Positions 1-8,570 of a stretch of 64,000 bases of DNA are shown here, in pieces. A program made the position numbers and the translations under genes. Below the pieces are notes generated by a model, which worked only from the letters and a program-made list of their open reading frames with translations, made no database searches and was not told where the DNA came from. The stretch is from NCBI GenBank assembly GCA_048270185.1, contig JBLWTJ010000002.1, positions 224,001 to 288,000 of the forward strand, in the 5' to 3' direction. Source of the DNA: Bacteriovoracaceae bacterium (lineage in GTDB: Bacteria > Bdellovibrionota > Bacteriovoracia > Bacteriovoracales > Bacteriovoracaceae). Every line of letters begins with the position of its first letter. The stretch's first letter is position 1.

Positions 1-1359
1 GCGTCTCTTTTTTATTTTCCCCTCAGATAAAGAATCACAAATTTGTTGAACTTCACTCGCATCAACAGCAACATAACTTATAACAGGAGTGATTGAAATA
101 TCACCAATCAAATCAGCACTGACTCCTGCTTCACCAACAATAGCACCAACAATATCACCAGGGCGAAGCTTATCTTTCTTTCCGCCACTAATGTATATTG
201 TTTTCATTTTTGGTGTAACCTCATATTCTTGATCGATATTAAAATCATCAATTCTCTTAAGTTTAAAATCACTTCCTTGATAATCACAAATTCTTGCAAA
301 TACTTCATCTTCATTTGGAGTAACAAAGCTTACAGCATGACCAATATTTCCAGCTCGCCCAGTACGCCCGACTCGGTGAACGTAGACTTCTGGATCATTG
401 GTTAGATCATAATTAATAACGAGATCAATTCCCTTAATATCAATTCCTCTTGCGGCCACATCTGTTGCAACAATTCCACAAAGACTTGAATTAGAAAATT
501 GAGTAAGTACTTTCGTTCGCTCATTTTGATCAAGGTCACCGTGAATGGCCTTAGCACTAACTTTCATTTGCCTTAGCTTCTTAGCTACATTGTCACAGAT
601 AATTTTAGTCTTACAAAAGATAATGAACTGACTTGCTTGATAGTGTGCAAGTATCTTCAAAAGTACATCATCTTTGTCTTTGTGACTATCTAATTCGATA
701 AACTCTTCTTTAATAATACTTTCGTCATGGAAAGTATCAACACTGACTTCAACTGCACCTCTTTGTATTTTACTACCTAGATCAATAATATCTTCAGGGA
801 AAGTTGCAGAAAATAAGAGAGTCTGTCTTTCATTTGGGATAAAGACTTCGATTTTATGAAGATCCTCACTAAAGCCCATATCAAGCATTCGATCCGCTTC
901 GTCTAGAACAAAATACTTTACCAAATCAAGATTTAAAATTCTTCTCTTTAAAAGTTTTAAAACTCGTCCGGGAGTCCCAACAATTATATGGGCACCGTGG
1001 TTGAGAGATTTTTCTTGTTGAAACTCACTCTTTCCACCTGTGATCGTTAAAATCTTAACATTTGGAATTGTACGTGCCATTCGGCGCATTTCTTTGGCCA
1101 CTTGATCTGCTAACTCTCTTGTTGGACACAGAATTAAAGATTGTGGTCTAGTCACTTTAACATCAAGGGCATTTATAATCCCTAAGCCAAAGGCCACAGT
1201 CTTACCACTTCCCGTTTTCGCCTGAGCAATCACATCACTTCCTGCGAGTATTAATGGAAGGCTCTTTGCTTGAATCGGCGTCATTGTCTTGAAGTTTAAA
1301 TCACTTAAGTTACTGATTATACGAGGGTCTAGTTCTAGTTTTTCAAAAATATCATTCAT
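1..1359 (-). CDS. dbpA: ATP-dependent DEAD-box RNA helicase DbpA (3' end runs off the window)
   Basis: Not in the ORF track. Manual translation from ATG at 1359: MNDIFEKL...MTPIQ...AKTGSGKT...PTRELA...GTPGR...LDEADRM...SAT...ARGID...HRVGRTGRAG, ending in a DbpA RNA-binding domain (GGKKDKLRPGDIVGAI). Confidence 0.93.
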   Translation of the reverse strand, partial: MNDIFEKLELDPRIISNLSDLNFKTMTPIQAKSLPLILAGSDVIAQAKTGSGKTVAFGLGIINALDVKVTRPQSLILCPTRELADQVAKEMRRMARTIPNVKILTITGGKSEFQQEKSLNHGAHIIVGTPGRVLKLLKRRILNLDLVKYFVLDEADRMLDMGFSEDLHKIEVFIPNERQTLLFSATFPEDIIDLGSKIQRGAVEVSVDTFHDESIIKEEFIELDSHKDKDDVLLKILAHYQASQFIIFCKTKIICDNVAKKLRQMKVSAKAIHGDLDQNERTKVLTQFSNSSLCGIVATDVAARGIDIKGIDLVINYDLTNDPEVYVHRVGRTGRAGNIGHAVSFVTPNEDEVFARICDYQGSDFKLKRIDDFNIDQEYEVTPKMKTIYISGGKKDKLRPGDIVGAIVGEAGVSADLIGDISITPVISYVAVDASEVQQICDSLSEGKIKKRR

Positions 1360-1510
1360 AGATTGAAAGTCCCTTTATTTGCACAACAAGTCAAAGCTAA
1401 TTGTAGAAATACTTACATTCAGCTACACACTTCTCTCCAATGTATCTTTCTTATAATTGGCCATGTTAGAATTTATCGACAAAATTAATTAATAAAGAAC
1501 AAGGAAGTCT

Positions 1511-1885
1511 ATGAAAAAGCTAATTCTACTTTTAATGCTCTCAACTTCAATCTATGCAGGAGAATGCTACAAAGATCTATGTCAAGACGATAAGGTAATG
1601 GATATCTTTGGTTGGTCAGGATGGGTTCATTCATTTGATAAAACAAATGATACTGTCGAAGTTGATCTTGCCCATGGCCCAGGAACTTACCACTTTCCAT
1701 ATAGTGAATTAGGAAAAGCTGTTGAGTGCTTTGATAAGATCTGTGTTAACGATCAAGTCTTAGATAAGTATAATGAAGTTGATATTGTGCTAGAAGTTTA
1801 TACTCACGGAAAAGTTGTGGTCTTCTCGCCTGATCGTGATGGTAAATTTATTATGGAATTAAAAGAAGTAACAAAATATAATTAG
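1511..1885 (+). CDS. Secreted hypothetical protein with an internal two-fold Cys repeat
   Basis: Signal peptide MKKLILLLMLSTSIYA; repeats ECYKDLCQDDKVMD and ECFDKICVNDQVLD; AAGGAAG RBS upstream. Confidence 0.8.
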   Translation: MKKLILLLMLSTSIYAGECYKDLCQDDKVMDIFGWSGWVHSFDKTNDTVEVDLAHGPGTYHFPYSELGKAVECFDKICVNDQVLDKYNEVDIVLEVYTHGKVVVFSPDRDGKFIMELKEVTKYN

Positions 1886-2313
1886 TGTTTAACTTTCTTA
1901 AAGATTGAATCAAGTCGTTCCTTTCTCATAGTGACTTTTTTCTTATAGTCTTTAAGAAAGTTTATTGCTTCTTTATAATTATTGGCCCTACCGACTTGAA
2001 TAACTCCCACCATTCCCATCACATAGTGATACTTACAATCAAAAATATAAATCCCTTCTTTATCAAACTTTACAGTAATTTTCTTTCCATTCTCTGATTG
2101 CCAATGCTTTCCTTCTTTTGGAATAAAGATTGATTGTGGTTGATGACCAAATCCTGATGGAATAAAAGTTACATCATCCCCAGAGTTGATATGAAGAAAG
2201 CTTGGTTCAAAGAACATTTGATGAGTGTCTTTGACATCAATACCATGTACTTCGTATGACTTTGAAAAAGCTGAAATTGAAATGATAAATATAAGTAAGA
2301 TTCTTTTAAACAT
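1882..2313 (-). CDS. Pseudoazurin/plastocyanin-like blue copper protein, exported
   Basis: Signal peptide; MFFEPSFLHINSGDDVTF, GHQ and type-1 Cu ligand loop CKYHYVMGMVG. Confidence 0.88.
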   Translation of the reverse strand: MFKRILLIFIISISAFSKSYEVHGIDVKDTHQMFFEPSFLHINSGDDVTFIPSGFGHQPQSIFIPKEGKHWQSENGKKITVKFDKEGIYIFDCKYHYVMGMVGVIQVGRANNYKEAINFLKDYKKKVTMRKERLDSIFKKVKH

Positions 2314-2346
2314 AAAAAAAAACTGACCGCTTTAAAGGCGGTCAGG
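2314..2346 (-). terminator. Rho-independent terminator downstream of katG
   Basis: Stem CTGACCGC/GCGGTCAG; the A9 tract at 2314-2322 on + reads as a U-tract after the stem on the minus strand. Confidence 0.75.
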
Positions 2347-2358
2347 CATATTTGGTAA

Positions 2359-4557
2359 TTAGTATTTTAGATCAAAACGATCAGCTTGCATTACCTTAGT
2401 CCAAGCCTTAACGAAATCATTTAAGAACTTAGTTCTTCCATCGTTAGAAGCGTAAACTTCAGCAACAGCTCTTAGTTCTGCATGAGAACCAAATACTAGA
2501 TCAACTGGAGTTGCAGTATATTTTTGCTTACCAGATTTTCTATCTAGGCCATTGTAAATACCTGGAGTGCTAGACTTAACCCATTTGTTATCCATAGTTA
2601 AAAGATTAACAAAGAAGTCATTAGTTAGTTTTCCTGGACGATTTGTGAAAACACCATTCTTTGATCCATCAGCATTTGCATCAAGAACACGTAGACCACC
2701 GATAAGAACAGTCATCTCAGGAACAGTAAGTCCTAACATATTTGCTTTATCAATAAGTCCATAAATTGGAGTTCTTTCAGAATCTGCTGAGAAGTAGTTA
2801 CGGAATGCATCTGCTTTTGGCTCAAGGAATGCAAATGAAACAACATCAGTTTGGTTTTGAGTTGCGTCTCCTCGTCCTGAAACAAATGGAACCTTAACCT
2901 TATTATTAGAAGCTTTTTCGATAGCAGCTGCACCACCAAGAACGATTGTATCCGCTAGAGATACTCCATATTTCTTAGCAACTCCTTCTAATTTAGAAAC
3001 AACCATTGAGACATTAGAAGCTTTATTAATTGCCCAATCTTTTTGAGGAGCAAGACGGATACGTGCACCATTTGCTCCACCACGCATATCTGTTCCACGA
3101 TAAGTCGAAGCTGAGGCCCATGCAGTTCTAACTAGCTCAGATACTGAAAGCCCTGATCTTAAGATATCTGCTTTGACAGCACTTGCTGTAGCATTTGAGA
3201 ACTTCTTTCCCTTTGGAGTTGGGTCTTGCCACTTGAATGACATTTTAGGAACCTCTTTTCCAATGTAGCGGGCCTTTGGTCCCATATCTCGGTGAGTAAG
3301 TTTGAACCAAGCTTTTGCAAATGCAAACTCAAACTTCTTTGGATCATCTAAGAAACTCTTACCAATCTTGTTGTAAATTGGATCTTCTTTGAGGGCCAGG
3401 TCTGTTGTAAACATAATTGGAGCATGACGCTTTCCTTTAATGTGTGCATCAGGAACCATGTCTGCAGCACCTTCATCTGTTGGAATCCACTGGTGGGCGC
3501 CTGCTGGCGATTTAACCATTTTCCAATCAAATGAGAATAAGTTATCGAGATAACCAGTTGTCCATTGAGTTGGAGTTGCGTTCCAAGCACCTTCAAGCCC
3601 AGAAGTGATTGTATCTTCAGAGTGTCCTTTCCCACACTTATTCTTCCAACCAAAGCCTTGCTCTTCAAGAGGCGCACCAGCTGGGTCTTTTTCGAGACAG
3701 TCATCAGGCTTGTGAGCACCGTGTGCTTTACCGAAAGTATGACCACCAGCAATTAGTGCAAAAGTTTCTTCGTCATCCATTCCCATTCTTCCAAATGTTT
3801 CACGAATATCTTTTGCTGCAAGTAGTGGATCAGGGACACCATTTGGTCCTTCTGGGTTTACATAGATTAGACCCATCTGAACTGCTGCAAGTGGTTTTTC
3901 AAGTTTACGATCACCGTGGTATCTCTTGTCCCCTGCTAGCCACTTTGTTTCTGGTCCCCAGTAAACTAAATCAGCTTCCCAATCGTCTGTACGACCACCG
4001 GCAAAACCAATTGTATTGAATCCCATATCTTCTAGTGAAACGTTACCTGCAAGAACCATTAAATCGGCCCATGAGATTTTATTTCCATATTTTTTCTTAA
4101 TAGGCCAAAGCAGTCTTCTTGCCTTGTCTAGTGAGACGTTATCTGGCCAACTATTAAGCGGCTCAAAACGTTGTTGACCGCCACCGCCGCCACCACGTCC
4201 ATCATGTGACCTGTAAGTTCCAACACTGTGCCATGCCATACGAATAAAGAATGGCCCGTAGTGACCGTAGTCTGCTGGCCACCAATCTTGTGAAGTTGTT
4301 AATGTTTTTCTGATGTCTTTTTTTACTGCCGCAAGATTTAGTTTTTTGAATTCTTTTGCGTAGTTGAATTTCTCACCAAGAGGACTGGATTCGACAGAAT
4401 GTTGTCTCAGTGGTGTTAGGTCAATTCGATTCGGCCACCAAAAACTATTTGGTTTTGCTTCACCTTTTGCATACTGCTTTTGCATATTATCATTTGAGTT
4501 CGATGCACAACTCAAAAGCATAATACCAGCGGCTAGTAATGGAAGAGTTCTCTTCAT
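2359..4557 (-). CDS. katG: Catalase-peroxidase, probably an exported lipoprotein
   Basis: RMAWHSVG distal triad, [20 protein letters not shown]. Start taken at ATG 4557 ([17 protein letters not shown] lipobox, AAGGAG RBS) rather than the track's 4602. Confidence 0.97.
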   Translation of the reverse strand: MKRTLPLLAAGIMLLSCASNSNDNMQKQYAKGEAKPNSFWWPNRIDLTPLRQHSVESSPLGEKFNYAKEFKKLNLAAVKKDIRKTLTTSQDWWPADYGHYGPFFIRMAWHSVGTYRSHDGRGGGGGGQQRFEPLNSWPDNVSLDKARRLLWPIKKKYGNKISWADLMVLAGNVSLEDMGFNTIGFAGGRTDDWEADLVYWGPETKWLAGDKRYHGDRKLEKPLAAVQMGLIYVNPEGPNGVPDPLLAAKDIRETFGRMGMDDEETFALIAGGHTFGKAHGAHKPDDCLEKDPAGAPLEEQGFGWKNKCGKGHSEDTITSGLEGAWNATPTQWTTGYLDNLFSFDWKMVKSPAGAHQWIPTDEGAADMVPDAHIKGKRHAPIMFTTDLALKEDPIYNKIGKSFLDDPKKFEFAFAKAWFKLTHRDMGPKARYIGKEVPKMSFKWQDPTPKGKKFSNATASAVKADILRSGLSVSELVRTAWASASTYRGTDMRGGANGARIRLAPQKDWAINKASNVSMVVSKLEGVAKKYGVSLADTIVLGGAAAIEKASNNKVKVPFVSGRGDATQNQTDVVSFAFLEPKADAFRNYFSADSERTPIYGLIDKANMLGLTVPEMTVLIGGLRVLDANADGSKNGVFTNRPGKLTNDFFVNLLTMDNKWVKSSTPGIYNGLDRKSGKQKYTATPVDLVFGSHAELRAVAEVYASNDGRTKFLNDFVKAWTKVMQADRFDLKY

Positions 4558-4623
4558 AATTAGCTCCTTATATGAGTAAATTTTCGATGACATTAGTATC
4601 AAATAAAGTGAGATCTAAAGATA

Positions 4624-4659
4624 ATCTATTTTCTCTATTCTAGGATAGAGAATACCTAT
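4624..4659 (-). promoter_or_regulatory. OxyR-like (LysR) operator upstream of katG
   Basis: Perfect ATAG-N7-CTAT at 4645-4659 plus an adjacent imperfect half (ATCT-N7-CTAT, 4624-4638), resembling the OxyR ATAG-N7-CTAT repeats. Confidence 0.5.
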
Positions 4660-4711
4660 AGGAGCTAAAAGTTAATTTTTCTTATTTAACGCGAAAGGAC
4701 ATTCACTTGAT

Positions 4712-4876
4712 CTAAAGACTCTGCCAAAGCTCTTTTAGCCTATCAATACTGGCTTCTCCATCTTCTAAGAGCTCTTCTTTGGAAAAAGGAAGCTCGTCAT
4801 CACTAGAGAGAAAAACGATGATTTGTTTCAAACGCTCTGCTTCATTTATGAGGTCATGTCTTAATTTACTATCCAT
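4712..4876 (-). CDS. Small (54 aa) HisKA/DHp-like helical protein
   Basis: ATG at 4876, just after the bEBP stop at 4884; MDSKLRHDLINEAERLKQII resembles an H-box helix. The track's upstream extension overlaps the bEBP gene. Confidence 0.55.
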   Translation of the reverse strand: MDSKLRHDLINEAERLKQIIVFLSSDDELPFSKEELLEDGEASIDRLKELWQSL

Positions 4877-4883
4877 TTTTGAC

Positions 4884-6245
4884 TCACTGTAAGAAACTTG
4901 AGCTTTTTGCATCAGATTGAATTCGATAAAGTAGTGACTTTGATAATTGTAGCTCACGGGCCACTTTATTTATCTTGCCATCACATTCATTAAGAGTTGA
5001 TTCATAGACTTTTGTTTCGATTAATTTGATCAGACTTTGCAGGCCATTATTTCGCGCAAACTCAATCATCTCTTCAGTAACAAAGTTTAAATTATTATCA
5101 ATTTTCGACTCATTATTCTCATTGTTTAAGATATAACGAGGTAAATCAGATAGAGTAATTAAACCTTTCTTTCCAGCACTAATAGTTAGGACAAGATTCT
5201 CTAGCTCACGAATATTTCCTGGCCAGTCGTATTTATTTAAAATCTCTTCGACTTCATCATCAAGAATAATTTTCTTTGATGAGTTCGATAGGAAGTGATC
5301 AAACAATAAAGTTATATCTTCTCTTCTCTCTTTTAGGGATTTAATCTTTAATTCAAAACCATTTATTCTAAAGAAAAAGTCTAAGCGAAATTTTTCTTCT
5401 TTAATAAGTTTTTGAAGATCATCACATGTAGCTGTGATTAAACGAAAGTCACTTGTTTCAACTTCAGTTGAACCAACTTTACTGAATGACTTCTCTTCAA
5501 TGGCCTTAAGAAGCTTCTTTTGGATATGGACAGGTATCGTTCCAATTTCATCTAAGAATAAAGTTCCACCATTAGCACGAGAGAGAAGTCCCTCTTTATC
5601 ACTTGAGGCTCCTGTAAAGGCACCTTTGACGTGACCGAATAATTCACTTTCAATTAGGTTCTCTGATAGTTCAGATAAATTAACGTGGACAAAATTTCCA
5701 GCGTCACTCGATAACTCATGTAATGCTTTAGCGATTTTTGTCTTACCAACACCAGTTGGCCCAGTAATTAAAATTTTATGCTCGCGAGGTCTTGGAAGAT
5801 CTCGAAGGTAAGAGATTTTAGAAATAAGCTCTTCATCGTTAGTAATATACTTAGTTGCAAAGAATGAGCGAAACTCATCTTCATCCATCGAGTTAAGAAT
5901 ACCACCAACGTGCTCTTTTAAGTTCTCTAAGAAGTCCTGCTTTACAAAATAATGATCACATCCTGCTTTATAAGCAGCTTTGATAATATCTTTAGAATCA
6001 TTACCTGAGAGTGCGATAGATGTAATATTCTTTTCATTGGCCTTTTTGATAACTTCAATCCCTTCAAGCCTTTCATTTTCAGATAAATCAAGATCAGAAA
6101 ATACGAAGGAAATATTTTGAGTCTTCAACATATGTAAGGCCACTTGAAGGTTTTGGGCCTCAACAATTTGCCCATATTCTTGTAATTGGCTTACAAGATT
6201 AAATCTAAAATACTTATCATCTTCGACTACTAATATCTTCTTCAT
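4884..6245 (-). CDS. NtrC-family sigma54-dependent response regulator (REC-AAA+-HTH)
   Basis: REC ILVVEDD...FSDLDL; Walker A GPTGVGKT; ESELFGHVKGAFTGA; LFLDEIG; WPGNIRELEN; C-terminal HTH (INKVARELQLSKSLLYR). Confidence 0.96.
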   Translation of the reverse strand: MKKILVVEDDKYFRFNLVSQLQEYGQIVEAQNLQVALHMLKTQNISFVFSDLDLSENERLEGIEVIKKANEKNITSIALSGNDSKDIIKAAYKAGCDHYFVKQDFLENLKEHVGGILNSMDEDEFRSFFATKYITNDEELISKISYLRDLPRPREHKILITGPTGVGKTKIAKALHELSSDAGNFVHVNLSELSENLIESELFGHVKGAFTGASSDKEGLLSRANGGTLFLDEIGTIPVHIQKKLLKAIEEKSFSKVGSTEVETSDFRLITATCDDLQKLIKEEKFRLDFFFRINGFELKIKSLKERREDITLLFDHFLSNSSKKIILDDEVEEILNKYDWPGNIRELENLVLTISAGKKGLITLSDLPRYILNNENNESKIDNNLNFVTEEMIEFARNNGLQSLIKLIETKVYESTLNECDGKINKVARELQLSKSLLYRIQSDAKSSSFLQ

Positions 6246-6268
6246 AATGGTCCTCTTTAGACCATTAT
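6244..6268. promoter_or_regulatory. Perfect inverted repeat (GTC-N7-GAC core) over the RBS and start codon of the sigma54 regulator
   Basis: ATAATGGTC-CTCTTTA-GACCATTAT, 9-bp arms. Confidence 0.55.
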
Positions 6269-6330
6269 TATCTAATTAATACATAAAATTAAAGGCTTAT
6301 GTAAAAAGTATCGGTATTTTATTTAATAGA

Positions 6331-6347
6331 CAGTCGAAAAAAGACTG
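6331..6347. promoter_or_regulatory. Inverted repeat CAGTC-N7-GACTG (candidate operator or weak terminator)
   Basis: CAGTCGAAAAAAGACTG in the intergenic region upstream of the bEBP gene. Confidence 0.4.
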
Positions 6348-6367
6348 CTTAAATACCCTAAATTACA

Positions 6368-6742
6368 CTAAATACTGAGTTTTCTACACTTAAGCTTTAA
6401 GAGGGCCTTTTCAAATTCAATCTGAGTCGCAAAAATTTTAAAGTAGTCATGGCCAAAGGTATTGTGAAGGGCCTCTCTTATCGACTCATCTGAATTCGTT
6501 AATACTTTTTGAGTAATCATACCCTTTTTGAAGTCATCAAAGGTTGCATCCTGATTCTCAACTTCTTTTTGAATCTCTTCAAATAACTCTTGTACGCCTT
6601 TAGTATATTTTTTAGTTTTACAAGTATTTGTCTGTGTATCATTTCCTGTCGCGATGGTATCCGATGAGCCACTTGTGCTTGTTCCACCACCACATGATAT
6701 AAGAGTAGAAAATAAAATTATTATTGCTAAAATATTCCTCAT
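6368..6742 (-). CDS. Hypothetical lipoprotein
   Basis: Lipobox LISC, Gly/Ser/Thr linker, helical domain with two further Cys. Confidence 0.8.
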   Translation of the reverse strand: MRNILAIIILFSTLISCGGGTSTSGSSDTIATGNDTQTNTCKTKKYTKGVQELFEEIQKEVENQDATFDDFKKGMITQKVLTNSDESIREALHNTFGHDYFKIFATQIEFEKALLKLKCRKLSI

Positions 6743-6753
6743 AATTCCCTCAA

Positions 6754-7515
6754 TTATTCGAATTTAAAATTCTTTGTTATATTTCTATTCTCTTCCATTA
6801 TATATGTTTGAAACTCATCAAATCCAATATAGTCCATAAGAGTTGGTCGTGTTTCATCACCTATAATTTTAATCTCTTTATTGATATTAAGATATAGAGA
6901 TCGATCTTGATATGTATTTGTTAGATTGACTTCTTTTACTTTTGGAAAGAATTGTAAAAATCTAAAATCGGCAATATCAGTGTCAGAGAGGTCAAGGCTT
7001 CTCTTTCTTTTTATCTTTCGATAAACAGAGTAACATGAAGAGCGATCATAGCTTTTCCCTAGAGCAGCAAGAGCATGCTTTTCAAATTCATTGAGATTAG
7101 ACATTCTACAATAATCAAGAAAATTTGCTTCACGACATTTTAAGTTGGTTGTATCAACAGCTAGATTTTTAACAATAATAACTTGTCCTCGGCGTGTATA
7201 ATTTGCAGTCGATTCTTCAAAGAATGATTTTTCAAAATCTCTCTTTTCCCACTCCCCTGCAATATATGTATCATTGATGACAGTATTAACACTTCCGATA
7301 TCTGTATAAGTTTCGTAATCCTCAAGTTCAGCACTAATCTTGACTCCAGAGCAAACAAGCGCCTTAGCTGTTTTATTTTCTATTGTAAGAATGACCTTAT
7401 TATTTTCTTCTCCTGTTTTCAGGTTGAAGTTCACCCCATCCAAATCAGAAGCATTTGTATTTACGAATAAAATAAATAAAAGAATTGTTACTAAGTTTTT
7501 CATATTATCTCTCAC
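6754..7515 (-). CDS. Secreted hypothetical protein with a short LRR-like C-terminal region (likely start 7503)
   Basis: Signal MKNLVTILLFILFVNTNA; Cys cap followed by SLDLSDTDIADFRFLQFFPKVKEVNLTN (LRR-like). Confidence 0.7.
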   Translation of the reverse strand: MRDNMKNLVTILLFILFVNTNASDLDGVNFNLKTGEENNKVILTIENKTAKALVCSGVKISAELEDYETYTDIGSVNTVINDTYIAGEWEKRDFEKSFFEESTANYTRRGQVIIVKNLAVDTTNLKCREANFLDYCRMSNLNEFEKHALAALGKSYDRSSCYSVYRKIKRKRSLDLSDTDIADFRFLQFFPKVKEVNLTNTYQDRSLYLNINKEIKIIGDETRPTLMDYIGFDEFQTYIMEENRNITKNFKFE

Positions 7516-7924
7516 ACTTAATTGAATTTAACACCTTAAAAGGTTTGCTCATTATTGAGCGATACTCGATTTTTTCAAGAAGGTTATTTGAATCAAAGTT
7601 AATTACCAAACTATCAGTTTTCCTTAAACTCTGTTTTCCAGAAGTCTTCTTGAGAAGTAAATTTGTTACAACTTCATGATCAGCTTGACCAAGAGTCATA
7701 CTTAATCCAGCACTATTTCCTCTAATACGATCAACAATTGTCAACCATACACTATTATTAATATCACCAATATGATCAATATAAATGTCACAATTATAAA
7801 GTTTTATTCTTCCTCTATATTCTGACAAGAAGTGATCAAGGACCTGTTTGTTACCTGAAGAAAAGCTCCATTCACTAGCGTTAGTATTCATCATAACAAA
7901 CAGTAACAACAAAAAAGTTTTCAT
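7505..7924 (-). CDS. Secreted hypothetical protein
   Basis: Signal MKTFLLLLFVMMNTNA; start overlaps the upstream gene's stop (ATGA). Confidence 0.8.
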   Translation of the reverse strand: MKTFLLLLFVMMNTNASEWSFSSGNKQVLDHFLSEYRGRIKLYNCDIYIDHIGDINNSVWLTIVDRIRGNSAGLSMTLGQADHEVVTNLLLKKTSGKQSLRKTDSLVINFDSNNLLEKIEYRSIMSKPFKVLNSIKCER

Positions 7925-8565
7925 CGATCATCCCTTTCAAAAATTAATTCCAATTCTGGACGATAAACTTCAATCCCTAAATTAATCATCGAATTCCCAT
8001 GGCATAGGTCTAGGTCTTTTAAGTTCTTAATAGGACAGTTTGAAACAATTAATAATTCAAGTCTATCCTGCATACATAGTTGCCAGTTTGAAATCAGACT
8101 TAGAACTCTTCCTTCTTCAACAATTAGCGGTCTAACATTTTCTAGTGCAAGATTAATTTCATCACCAATTTTAAGGGCATAAAAGCTATTCTTATCAATT
8201 GATTCAACCGGAAGCTCAATCAGAATATTTTTTTCTAATACACCACGATATGAAAGTTCCACTTGCTCTTTCAAATAAAGACTCAAGTACTGGTCATAAG
8301 CGATTGAAAAATCATCTATCCCACCTAGATTATTTGCATATGTAAACTCTTTAACTTGTGAAACAATTCTCTTAGCTTGTTTTTGTCTATGAGATATTGC
8401 TTCGCAAGAAATAAACTTATCAGCAGATATAACATGACCAACATTATTGCTAATACTTCTTCTTGCATGCTTTAAGACATAGAGAAGGTTTTCATCAACA
8501 ATATTGGCCATACCAGATGTCATGCTAAATATAGTAAATAAAGAAATTACAATCGCTTTCAACAT
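7921..8565 (-). CDS. Secreted hypothetical protein
   Basis: Signal MLKAIVISLFTIFSMTSGMA; GAGG RBS; four Cys. Confidence 0.8.
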   Translation of the reverse strand: MLKAIVISLFTIFSMTSGMANIVDENLLYVLKHARRSISNNVGHVISADKFISCEAISHRQKQAKRIVSQVKEFTYANNLGGIDDFSIAYDQYLSLYLKEQVELSYRGVLEKNILIELPVESIDKNSFYALKIGDEINLALENVRPLIVEEGRVLSLISNWQLCMQDRLELLIVSNCPIKNLKDLDLCHGNSMINLGIEVYRPELELIFERDDR

Positions 8566-8570
8566 GACCT

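Noticed and set aside
1473..1499. GTCGATAA (minus) upstream of dbpA, and similar CCGAT boxes at about 6308 and 21385, as sigma28 promoters
   Set aside because: No TAAA-like -35 at 15-16 nt spacing.
2567..4579. Several 60-136 aa ORFs overlapping katG (and similar short ORFs inside metG, rimK, MATE, cvrA, the RCC1 gene and the kinases)
   Set aside because: They are antisense or off-frame shadows of well-supported genes, with no recognisable motifs.
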